A stretch of DNA of 64,000 bases from the NCBI GenBank assembly GCA_963844845.1, contig CAWJPW010000003.1:190391-254390 (forward strand), in the 5' to 3' direction. The position numbers and the translations under genes are program-made. Positions 19,023-27,167 of the stretch are shown here, piece after piece (positions within the stretch are counted from its first letter, which is position 1; each line of letters opens with the position of its first letter). This DNA comes from an uncultured Acidobacteriota bacterium (GTDB lineage: Bacteria > Acidobacteriota > Thermoanaerobaculia > Thermoanaerobaculales > Sulfomarinibacteraceae). A model generated the notes under the pieces. That model had not been told where the DNA came from. It made no database searches and saw only the letters and a list, made by a program, of their open reading frames with translations.

Positions 19023-19264
19023 CCTCCACCTCCCGTGACGCTCGGCGAAGCGATCACGAAGAACAGCACGAGAGGACACATGCGCTGGGCAGGACTTCGG
19101 CCTCGCCTGGTCACCCGGGCCTGTGAGAATCTCATCTCGAAGACCAAATCAAGAGTGGCATCTCAGAGGTGCAGGCCGACGCTACAGAACGAAAAGTCAG
19201 CTGGAGCGATCGCGGCGGAGGCGCTACCCTGAGAGCGTCCGAGCCCGCGAATGGAGGGAAGAGC

Positions 19265-20344
19265 ATGCGCAGAACGATCATCCTCGTTGCGATCGTGGCC
19301 ATCGTGGTCGCCGTCGCCGGCACCGCCCTGGCCGGTGAGCCGGACACCGCGGCGCAGCTGAAGCAGCTGCAGCAGGCCAACGAGAGCCTCAACCACCGCC
19401 TCGACCAGCTCGCCAAGGGGATCGACGACGTGCTCTGGTTCGACCGGGTGGGCGACGTGGCGGTGGTGGACAAGATCCGCATCTACGGCCCGCCCCGCGC
19501 CAACGTACCGAACCCCGACGCCATCGGCGCCACCAACCACCTCAAGTTCTACGCCTACGTGTTTACCCCGCGCGAGGACTTCGGCGGCGCCAAGCTGCCG
19601 CTCCTGCTGCTGCCCCACGGCGGGGTGCACGGCGACTTCACCACCTACTACGCCCACATCGTGCGCGAGCTCGTGGCCCAGGGCTACGTGGTGGTGGCGC
19701 CAGAGTACCGCGGCTCCACCGGCTACGGCGAGGGGATGTACAAGGATATCGACTACGGCGGCCGCGAGGTCGGCGACGTGCTGGCCGCGCGCGACTGGGC
19801 GGTAGCCAACCACCCGCGGGTGGATCCCGAGCGGGTCGGGCTCATCGGCTGGAGCCACGGCGGCCTCATCACCCTCATGAGCCTCATGGACCATCCCGAC
19901 AAGTACGTGTGCGGCTTCGCCGGCGTGCCGGTGTCCGACCTCGTGATGCGCATGGGCTACTGGGGCCCCGACTACCAGAAGTACTACGACGCGCCCTACC
20001 ACATCGGCCAGACGCCGGCGGAGAACCTCGAGGCCTACAAGGGGCGTTCGCCGGTGTGGAACGTGGACAAGCTGAAGAGGCCGGTGCGCATCCACACCAA
20101 CGTGCACGACGAGGACGTCAACTACATCGAGGTCCAGCACCTGATCCAGGCGCTCAAGGCGGCGGGCAAGAAGTTCGAGTACGAGGTCTCGGACGTGCCC
20201 GGCGGGCACAGCTTCGACCGCCTCGACACCGCCGAGGCGTGGGGCTACCGCAAGAAGGCGTACGCGTTCCTGGCGCGCTACCTCAAGCCGCCGCGGCCGG
20301 ACATCGAGCTCGGCGTGAGCGAAGAGGGCGTGGCGGCGCCGTAG
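19265..20344 (+). CDS. S9-family (prolyl oligopeptidase / dipeptidyl-peptidase type) alpha/beta-hydrolase peptidase
   Basis: Start ATG 19265 after GGAGGGAAGAG. N-terminal TM/signal segment. Nucleophile elbow GWSHGG. PEYRGSTGYG; C-terminal D..H (VHDEDVN.., GGHSF). Confidence 0.85.
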   Translation: MRRTIILVAIVAIVVAVAGTALAGEPDTAAQLKQLQQANESLNHRLDQLAKGIDDVLWFDRVGDVAVVDKIRIYGPPRANVPNPDAIGATNHLKFYAYVFTPREDFGGAKLPLLLLPHGGVHGDFTTYYAHIVRELVAQGYVVVAPEYRGSTGYGEGMYKDIDYGGREVGDVLAARDWAVANHPRVDPERVGLIGWSHGGLITLMSLMDHPDKYVCGFAGVPVSDLVMRMGYWGPDYQKYYDAPYHIGQTPAENLEAYKGRSPVWNVDKLKRPVRIHTNVHDEDVNYIEVQHLIQALKAAGKKFEYEVSDVPGGHSFDRLDTAEAWGYRKKAYAFLARYLKPPRPDIELGVSEEGVAAP

Positions 20345-20346
20345 GT

Positions 20347-21600
20347 GCGGCCTCGACCCCGGCAGACGCAGATCCGGCAGAGGGAGGGGACGTGGAGGCG
20401 CGAGGCCTCTTCGCGCCCCCATTGTCTCTCCAGAGCACGTGGGAACCCCTGCCGGACGGCGTAGGTACCCGAACGAAGCTGCGCCAGCGAACGCGCTCGT
20501 GGCGCGCGTAGGACGCGCGCCTACAAGGCCATGGGATTGCATCACCTGCCGCTGCGCCCGGCCCGTGACGCTCCAGGTCCCGGCCAGCGTGCCGGCTGCT
20601 GATGCTCCCAACCCCGGCTCCCGGGCGGCGGCGTTGCCGCCGCCCGTCGGCGCGTTCGCGAAGGGGGCGACGACGGAGGCTGCCTGACGGCAACGCGGCC
20701 CCCTTCGCGCCCTGCGCCGAGTCGCCTGCCCGGTTGTTCGGGGCCACTACTCCGGGCGCCAAGGGCCGTGGGAGCCCCCCCGGACACTGTTTCCGCGATC
20801 GCGCTACGAACGAGGAGGTCGTTCGGGAAAAGTGTCCGGGACGGCACGCCCGCCGGAGGGCACGTGCTCCGGGGCGGCCGCGGCCTCGGCAGACGCAGAT
20901 CCGGCAGAGGGAGGGGACGTGGAGGCGCGAGGCCTCTTCGCGCCCCCACTGCAGCTTCAGAGCAGGTGGGAAACCCCGCCGGACGGCGAAGGTGCCCGAA
21001 CGAAGCTGCGCCAGCGAACGCGCTCGTGGCGCGCGAAGGTCGCGCGCCTACAACGCCATGGGATTGCATCACACGCTGCTACGCCCGGGCCGCGACGGTT
21101 CCCGCGGCCGGCCGGCGTGCCGGCTCCTGATGCTCCCAACCCCGGCTCCCGGGCGGCGGCGTTGCCGCCGCCCGTCGGCGCGTTCGCGAAGGGGGCGTCG
21201 GCGGAGGCTGCCTGACGGCAACGCGGCCCCCTTCGCGCCCTGCGCCGAGTCGCCTGCCTGGTGGTTTGGGGCCAGTACTCTGAATGCCAAGGGCCGTGAG
21301 AGCCCCCCCGGACACTGTTTCCGCGATCGCGCTACAAACGAGGAGGCTGTTCAGGAAAAGTGTCCGGGACGGCACGTCCGCCGGAGGGCATGTGCTCCGG
21401 GGCATCCCCCGCAGACGCACATGCGGTAGGGGGGAGGGGGCGTGTAGGCGCGAAGCCTCTTCGCGCCCCCACCGCCGCTTCAGAGCACGTGGGAACCCCT
21501 GCCGGACGGCCCTAGGTACCCGAACGGATCTCCTCCACCTAACGCGTTCGTGGCGCGCGAAGGTCGCGCGCCTACAAGGAATCCATCGCGCCGAGGTTGT
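20347..21600 (+). repeat. Tandem composite repeat: [A1-B1][A2-B2][A3], period ~527/522 bp, hairpin-rich, apparently non-coding
   Basis: ggcagacgcag(a/c) recurs at 20361, 20888 and ~21410. A modules: 20347-20588, 20878-21116, ~21405-21600. B modules: 20589-20872 and 21117-21400. The first 62 nt of A1 and A2 are identical. The block starts 3 nt after the peptidase stop codon. Confidence 0.9.
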
Positions 21601-21603
21601 GAG

Positions 21604-22333
21604 GGCACGCCGCCGTGGCGCAGCCACGGCCGGACGCGCACTGGTCGCCGGCGGATGCGTGCATCCGGCCGGCGGCCGGGGCGTGGCCGGGTGGCCGCGA
21701 AGCGGCCGGCGTGCCCCGGAGGAACCCCGGCCCTTCGGGCCTCCGCTTGCTCAGGATGACAGGTGATGGTTGGAGCGCCGTTCTCCGTCGCCGTAGGCGA
21801 CGGCACCGGGTGGGCGGGTGGGACACGGCGTCGACGAGGGGGACGGCGTCGCCTTCGTCGCGAGGGCCGCGAGGTGGCGTTCCCCGTGGCGGCGCAGCCG
21901 CCGCGGGGGGCGCCGCATCGCGGGCCGCAGCAGAAGGCGCTCGAGCCGTCCCCCGGCGGGACGCAGCTTCGCTGCGTTCCGGCCGCCGTCAGGCGGCAGA
22001 CGCTTCTATGGCGCTTGCCGAGCCCACGAGTCGCGCCGCCGTCGGTTCTCTGGGTGCGATTCGCGACCGAGGCGAGGAGGCATTGGCCTCGTGGCCATGC
22101 CGACGAAGCCGACCGAGCGAAGCGCGGCCAGAGGGCCGGCGCCGGCGCGACCCCTACATTTCAGAGAGAGCGGGCTTCCCCTATCCTCCCGGAGCATGCT
22201 CCCGGGCGTACCGGGCCGCCGGGGCACGCCGCCGTGGCGCAGCCACGGCCGGACGCGAGGGAGGGACCCGGCGCGCGCTGGCGTGCGCTCGGGGCCCGAC
22301 CGAGTGGCCGTAGGCCGCGAAGCGGCCGGTGTG
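21604..22333 (+). repeat. Mosaic repeat block D1 - C1 - D2: D modules at 21604-21713 and 22223-22333 flank the 394-bp C1 module (21802-22195)
   Basis: ggcacgccgccgtggcgcagccacggccggacgcg and ggccgcgaagcggccgg(c/t)gtg each occur twice, 619 bp apart. C1 matches the reverse complement of 63624-64000. Confidence 0.85.
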
Positions 22334-22353
22334 TACCGGTGGCGAGCCTCTTG

Positions 22354-22920
22354 CTACAGAGAATCTCCCGGGCGGTCGACGTCGACCTCGCCGCCCGGGA
22401 GCGGGACGACGACAACGCGGCTCGGGTCGCGGCGGAGGACGGTTCGGGCGCCGGTGTCTCCCTTTACCGCCAGGAGTTCGGCGAAGAGGGCGCGGTCGAG
22501 CACCGCCGGGACGCCGACGACGCCGGCGTACGCCGAGGCGGCGGCGGGCAGGGTGCTCGCCGCGTGCGCGGCGAGGAGGCGGCGGAGGTGGTCCGCGGTG
22601 ACCGCCGGTTGGTCGCACACCATGAGTAGGGCCGCGCCGGCGCCCTCCGGCACCGCGGCGATGCCTGCTCGCAGCGAGGCGCTCATGCCCTCCTCCCAGT
22701 CGCCGGCCGTCACCACCCGCACCGCGAGGTCGTCCACCTCGGCGGCGAGGCGGTCGGCGTCGTGGCCCAGCACCACCAGCACCGGGTCGCAGCCGGCGGC
22801 GATAGCCGCCTCGGCGGCGCGGCGCATGAGGCTCTCGCCGCCCACCCTTTCGAGCTGCTTGGGCCGGCCGAGGCGCCGGGAGGCCCCGGCGGCGAGGACC
22901 ACCGCCGCCGTCGCGCTCAT
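22354..22920 (-). CDS. MobA/MocA-like nucleotidyltransferase (molybdenum cofactor cytidylyl/guanylyl-transferase family)
   Basis: N-terminal AVVLAAGASRRLGRPKQL signature and size 188 aa; 4-nt overlap with the upstream XdhC gene. Confidence 0.8.
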   Translation of the reverse strand: MSATAAVVLAAGASRRLGRPKQLERVGGESLMRRAAEAAIAAGCDPVLVVLGHDADRLAAEVDDLAVRVVTAGDWEEGMSASLRAGIAAVPEGAGAALLMVCDQPAVTADHLRRLLAAHAASTLPAAASAYAGVVGVPAVLDRALFAELLAVKGDTGARTVLRRDPSRVVVVPLPGGEVDVDRPGDSL

Positions 22921-24065
22921 GGGCGGCCTGCCGCCGCGGTCGTGCGCGGGTGGATGGCCGCGTCGCGCTCGCGGAGCGGCCCCCCGGACCGTTTCGTGAG
23001 CACCGCCTGGACCTCGGCGATGACGGCGACGGCGATCTCCGCCGCCGTCTCTGCGCCGATGTCGAGCCCGATGGGCCCGTAGAGTCGCTCGAGCTGCCCC
23101 AGGGTGGGCTCGAAGCCCTCCTCGGCGAGATCCTTGAGGAGTGCATCTCGTCGGCGACGAGGCCCGATGAGGCCTACGTAGAAGGCGGGGGAAGGCAGCA
23201 GCATCCGCAGCAGCTCGCCGTCGTGGCGGTAGCTGTGGGTGAGCACGACCGCCGCAGTGCGGGGTCCGATGGGGACCCGCCCCGGCAGCTCGGCCGGCTC
23301 GGTGAGGAGCACCGCATGGGCGGCCGGGAATCGCTCGGAGAGTGCGAAGGCGGGGCGGTGGTCGGCCACGGTAACCCGCCAGCCGAGCCCGGCGGCGAGC
23401 TCCACCAGCGGCGTGGCGTCGGCGCCGGCGCCGATGACCAGAAGCTCCACGGGCGGCTGGATCAGCTCGAGAAAGACCCTGACCTCACCATCCGGAACCG
23501 GGTAGGTGCGCGCCTGCGACCCGGCACCGCCGAGGACCTCGGCGGCCGTGGCCAGGACGGCAGCGCTGAGGGAGGGATCCCCCAGCTCGTCGATCACCGC
23601 CCGGCTTCCGCTCGTCACCAGGTGCTGGGCCTGCAGCACCGGCCCGGCCTGCGGGGCCTCGACCACCGTGGCGAGGACGGCGGGGCGGTCCGCGTCGGCG
23701 GCAGCGCCGGCGGCGGTGAGCGCCGGCGGAGGGCCGTCCGAGGGCAGCGGTTCAAGGACGATCTCCACCACCCCGTTGCAGCCCAGCCCGAGCCCCCATA
23801 CCAGGTCGTCGGGAGCCGTGGTGTCGTAGACAACCCGCTCCGGGTGGCCGCTCGCGAGGACCCGGCGGGCCCGTTCCATCAGGTCGGTGTCGGCGCAGCC
23901 GCCGCCCACCATCCCCCAGCTGGCGCCGTCCTCGGCGACGACCATGCGGGCGCCGGCACGGCGGTAGGTGGACCCACGGGTCGCCACCAGCGTGGCGAGG
24001 ACCCCGCGGCGGCCGCTGACGGTCAGCTGCGCACAGGCGGCGAGGGCGTCGGCCAGGTCCTTCAT
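22917..24065 (-). CDS. XdhC/CoxI-family molybdoenzyme maturation protein
   Basis: N-terminal XdhC_CoxI-like region (GVLATLVATRGSTYRRAGARMVV) and C-terminal Rossmann-like LLVIGAGADATPLVELAAGLGWRVTVADHR..GPIGLDIGAETAAEIAVAV. Confidence 0.85.
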   Translation of the reverse strand: MKDLADALAACAQLTVSGRRGVLATLVATRGSTYRRAGARMVVAEDGASWGMVGGGCADTDLMERARRVLASGHPERVVYDTTAPDDLVWGLGLGCNGVVEIVLEPLPSDGPPPALTAAGAAADADRPAVLATVVEAPQAGPVLQAQHLVTSGSRAVIDELGDPSLSAAVLATAAEVLGGAGSQARTYPVPDGEVRVFLELIQPPVELLVIGAGADATPLVELAAGLGWRVTVADHRPAFALSERFPAAHAVLLTEPAELPGRVPIGPRTAAVVLTHSYRHDGELLRMLLPSPAFYVGLIGPRRRRDALLKDLAEEGFEPTLGQLERLYGPIGLDIGAETAAEIAVAVIAEVQAVLTKRSGGPLRERDAAIHPRTTAAAGRP

Positions 24066-24091
24066 GGTAGCCTCCTCCGGCGAGTATAGCG

Positions 24092-25003
24092 GTGGGGAGG
24101 ATCGGGGTGCCTCACGACAGTCGCGATCGCGGAATCGGAGACCAGGATGAGCCGGTGAGTGGTCCCGGCCGGCTCTGTCGGGACTGGGGCGGTGCCGGGC
24201 CGATGCTGCACCTCGCCCACGGCAACGGCTTTCCGCCCGGGACCTACCGCCAGCTTGCCGAGGACCTTCGCCCTGACTGGCATCCTGTCGCCCTGTGCAC
24301 GCCGCCGCTGCGCCCGGGCTGCAGTCCCGCTGCGATGAGGAGCTGGCGCGACCTTGCCGTCGATCTCGAGGACGGGTTGCGGGCGCTGGAAGCGGGGCCG
24401 GTGGTCGGTCTCGGGCACAGCGTGGGCGCGGTGGCGACCCTCCTGGTGGCGGCGCGATCCCCGGAGCTTTTCCGTGCGCTGGTGCTGGTGGACCCGGTGC
24501 TGTTCACCGGACCGCGGGCCAGGCTCTGGGGAGTGATGAAGACACTCGGGCTGGGACACCGCTTCCACCTTGCGCGCGCCGCTGCGGGTCGCCGGGAGGT
24601 TTGGGAGGGGCGTGCGCAGGTCCATGAGGCCTATGCGGGCAAGCCGCTCTTCGCCGTCTGGGCGCCCGACGTCCTCGACGACTACCTCGACGCTGGTTTG
24701 GTCACGGACGAGAACGGCGGAGTCCGCCTCCGCTACCCCACCGCCTGGGAGGAGCGCATCTTCGTCACCACCCCCCACGACGTGTGGTCCGAGGTGCGCC
24801 GCCTCGCGGTGCCCACCCTGGTGGTGCGCGGCGCCGCCTCCGACACCTTCACACCGCAGGCGGCGGCGCGCCTCACCCGGGAGCTGCCGGCCGCAACCAT
24901 GGTGGAGGTGCCGGGGACCTCACACCTGCTGCCCATGGAGCGGCCGCACGATGTGGCGGAGGTGGCGCGCCGCTTCCTTGCCGGTCACAGTGCCGGAAGC
25001 TGA
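24092..25003 (+). CDS. Alpha/beta-fold hydrolase
   Basis: HLAHGNGF oxyanion-region motif, nucleophile elbow GLGHSVGA, and C-terminal GTSHLLPMERP. Start is uncertain (ATG 24092 or in-frame GTG 24155). Confidence 0.8.
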   Translation: MGRIGVPHDSRDRGIGDQDEPVSGPGRLCRDWGGAGPMLHLAHGNGFPPGTYRQLAEDLRPDWHPVALCTPPLRPGCSPAAMRSWRDLAVDLEDGLRALEAGPVVGLGHSVGAVATLLVAARSPELFRALVLVDPVLFTGPRARLWGVMKTLGLGHRFHLARAAAGRREVWEGRAQVHEAYAGKPLFAVWAPDVLDDYLDAGLVTDENGGVRLRYPTAWEERIFVTTPHDVWSEVRRLAVPTLVVRGAASDTFTPQAAARLTRELPAATMVEVPGTSHLLPMERPHDVAEVARRFLAGHSAGS

Positions 25004-25018
25004 GGTACAATCCCGCTC

Positions 25019-25402
25019 ATGCACGTTGATGTACGCAAGGTCGAGGACGTGATCATCGTGGACCTCAGCGGCCGCCTCATCGCCGGTGTGGGCGATGTGC
25101 TGCTGCGTGATGTCATGAACGAGCTGCTGGCCGAGGACTGGAAGAAGATCCTCCTCAACCTCGGCGACGTCACCATCATCGACAGCTCCGGTATCGGCGA
25201 GGTGGTGGCGAGCTGGAAGATCGGCAAGAGCTTCGGAAGCCGGGTGTGGATCCTCCGGCCCGGCGACCGAGTGCGGCACAGCTTGCACCTCAGCCAGATC
25301 CTCCCCCTGCTGCGCGTTTTCGAGGACGAGGCTCAGGCCATTGCCGCCTTCGCCTCCGAGGACGCCGGCACCGAGGCCTCTGCTGCGCCGGGCGGAGACT
25401 GA
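25019..25402 (+). CDS. STAS-domain protein (anti-sigma-factor antagonist, SpoIIAA-like)
   Basis: VIIVDLSGRLIAG..KKILLNLGDVTIIDSSGIGEVV..LHLSQILPLLRVFEDE; size 127 aa. Confidence 0.85.
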   Translation: MHVDVRKVEDVIIVDLSGRLIAGVGDVLLRDVMNELLAEDWKKILLNLGDVTIIDSSGIGEVVASWKIGKSFGSRVWILRPGDRVRHSLHLSQILPLLRVFEDEAQAIAAFASEDAGTEASAAPGGD

Positions 25403-25891
25403 GTGATGGCGGCTGCCGGCGAGGGGGCTCCCGCCGGGAACCTCCAGGACCGTTTCGCCCCGGCGTCCGTCTGTTTCGGTTGCGGCCCGGCCAACGCCAA
25501 GGGTTTGCACATCAAGAGTGTGCCCGGCGACGGCGAGGTAGTCTGCACGTTCCGGCCTGCCAAGCACCACGAGGCATTCGACGGCGCGCTCAACGGCGGC
25601 ATCATCGGCACCCTCTTCGACTGCCACTGCAACTGGACGGCCGCCTACCACCTGATGCAGCGGAACGGCTTCGAAGGGCCGCCCTGTACGGTCACTGCGG
25701 AGTACTCGGTGAGCCTCAGGCGACCGACCCCCTCGGGTGGGCCGGTGACGGTGCGGGCGCGGGTCGTGGAGTCGAGCCCCGAGCGTGCGGTCGTGGAAGC
25801 GACGCTCGAAGCCGGCGGCAAGGTCACCGCGACCGGCCGCGGCGTCTTCGTCGCCGTCGGCGAGGGGCATCCCGCGTTCCATCGCTGGTAG
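25403..25891 (+). CDS. Hotdog-fold (PaaI-like) thioesterase with N-terminal CxxC motif
   Basis: CFGCGPANAKGLHI followed by HHEAFDGALNGGIIGTLFDCH, typical of PaaI/4HBT-type thioesterases. Confidence 0.7.
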   Translation: MMAAAGEGAPAGNLQDRFAPASVCFGCGPANAKGLHIKSVPGDGEVVCTFRPAKHHEAFDGALNGGIIGTLFDCHCNWTAAYHLMQRNGFEGPPCTVTAEYSVSLRRPTPSGGPVTVRARVVESSPERAVVEATLEAGGKVTATGRGVFVAVGEGHPAFHRW

Positions 25892-25908
25892 CCTCCCGCC
25901 CTCTTTCC

Positions 25909-26084
25909 CGATTCAAAGATGTGAAGATTCAAAGATTTGTGCGCTTCTAGGGAGAGTGCGGAGACCGAGAGAGGAGGACAGGCCTCTCGATTCAGAGCTC
26001 TCGTCGGCGGAGGCCCGCTGAGACTGGCAGGGACCTTCCAGCGGACGAGTGCCCCAGTCTTCGAATCTTCGAATCTTTGAATCG
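25909..26084. repeat. Intergenic element X3: AT-rich ~27-bp inverted arms flanking a ~120-bp GC-rich core (between convergent thioesterase and isocitrate dehydrogenase genes)
   Basis: Left arm cgattcaaagatgtgaagattcaaagat (25909-25936). Right arm tcttcgaatcttcgaatctttgaatcg (26058-26084) is its imperfect reverse complement. Each arm is itself a tandem of TTC(A/G)AAGAT units. Confidence 0.75.
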
Positions 26085-26095
26085 CCGCGTGACCC

Positions 26096-27094
26096 CTACT
26101 CCAGCCGTGCCACCACCGCCTCGGTGTACTCGGTCGTCGAGGCGGTGCCGCCCACGTCTCGGGTCCGGACGCCGTCGACCAGGGTACGGCAGACGGCATT
26201 CATGACGCGGTCGGCCACCGCCTCCTGGCCGAGGTGGCGGAGCATGAGCACCGCCGAGATGAGCAGTGCCGTGGGGTTGGCCAGGTTCTTGCCGGCGATG
26301 TCGGGAGCGGAGCCGTGCACCGCCTCGAAGACCGCCACTCCGTCGCCCATGTTGGCGCCGGGCGTGACCCCGAGGCCGCCCACCAGGCCGGAGCAGAGAT
26401 CCGAGAGAATGTCGCCGTAGAGATTCTCCATCACCACCACGTCGAACTGATGCGGGTCCATGACCAGCTTCATGCAGGCGGCATCGACGATGGTGTCGGT
26501 GGCCTCGATGTCCGGAAAGTCCGTCGCAACCGTACGGAAGCTGTCGAGGAAGAGCCCGTCGGCCAGCTTCATGATGTTGGCCTTGTGGACGGCGGTGACC
26601 TTGCGGCGGCCGCGGGCGCGCGCGTACTCGAAGGCGAAACGACAGATGCGGTCGCAGGCGGTGCGGGTCATGATCTTGAGCGACTCGACCACGCCCGGGA
26701 CCACCTCGTGCTCGATGCCCGAGTAGAGCCCCTCGGTGTTCTCCCGCACCACCACCAGGTCGACGTCCTCGTACCGGCTCGGCACGTTGGGCAGCGACTG
26801 CACGGGGCGGAGGTTGGCATAGAGGTTCAGCGCCTTGCGCAGGCGCACGTTGACCGAGGTGAACCCCTTACCCACCGGGGTGGTGATCGGCGCCTTGAGG
26901 GCGACGCCGGCCTCGCGGATCGCCTGCAGTGTGCTCTCGGGGAGGGTGTCGCCGTGGCTGGCGATGGTCTCGGCGCCGGCGTGGTGGAACTCCCACTCCA
27001 CCTCGGCCCGCGCCACCTCGAGGATGCGCACGACACTGTCCGAGATCGACGGCCCGATGCCGTCGCCGGGGATCAGAACGACCTTTCGAGTCAT
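26096..27094 (-). CDS. NAD-dependent isocitrate dehydrogenase (IDH3-like member of the isocitrate/isopropylmalate dehydrogenase family)
   Basis: IPGDGIGP.., LRKALNLYANLRPV, VVVRENTEGLYSGIEH, AVHKANIMKLADGLF, NLYGDILSDLCSGLVGGLGVTPGAN, FEAVHGSAPDIAGKNLANPTALLISAVLMLRHLG; closely collinear with mitochondrial-type IDH3 subunits as I recall them. Confidence 0.85.
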   Translation of the reverse strand: MTRKVVLIPGDGIGPSISDSVVRILEVARAEVEWEFHHAGAETIASHGDTLPESTLQAIREAGVALKAPITTPVGKGFTSVNVRLRKALNLYANLRPVQSLPNVPSRYEDVDLVVVRENTEGLYSGIEHEVVPGVVESLKIMTRTACDRICRFAFEYARARGRRKVTAVHKANIMKLADGLFLDSFRTVATDFPDIEATDTIVDAACMKLVMDPHQFDVVVMENLYGDILSDLCSGLVGGLGVTPGANMGDGVAVFEAVHGSAPDIAGKNLANPTALLISAVLMLRHLGQEAVADRVMNAVCRTLVDGVRTRDVGGTASTTEYTEAVVARLE

Positions 27095-27167
27095 GACACC
27101 TCCGCCTCAGTCGCGGCTCGTGCCGAGCGCGTATCGAGGGCGGGCGACCGAGTCGCCGGCGCCCGCC

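Noticed and set aside
20832-21215. 127-aa ORF starting at a GTG a few nt after the GAGGAGG hairpin loop of module B. Equivalent starts exist in the other B copies (6189-6461 and ~21355), so I considered a repeated small-protein gene.
   Set aside because: The reading frames diverge completely as soon as the repeat module ends. Third-codon positions are much less G/C-biased than in real genes here, and the SD-to-GTG spacing (~13 nt) is long. The conservation is at nucleotide and hairpin level, not protein level.
20347-22335. Possible CRISPR array or tandem ncRNA/rRNA-like array.
   Set aside because: The period is ~525 bp with no short repeat/spacer alternation, and no cas genes are present. 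There is no similarity to rRNA/tRNA signatures that I can recognise. I kept it as an unexplained repeat block instead.
21818-22999. 393-aa ORF whose first ~50 residues are nearly identical to the start of the minus-strand ORF 61714-63984, suggesting a duplicated gene.
   Set aside because: The shared part is simply repeat module C read in one frame. The remainder runs antisense through the mocA-like and etfA genes respectively.
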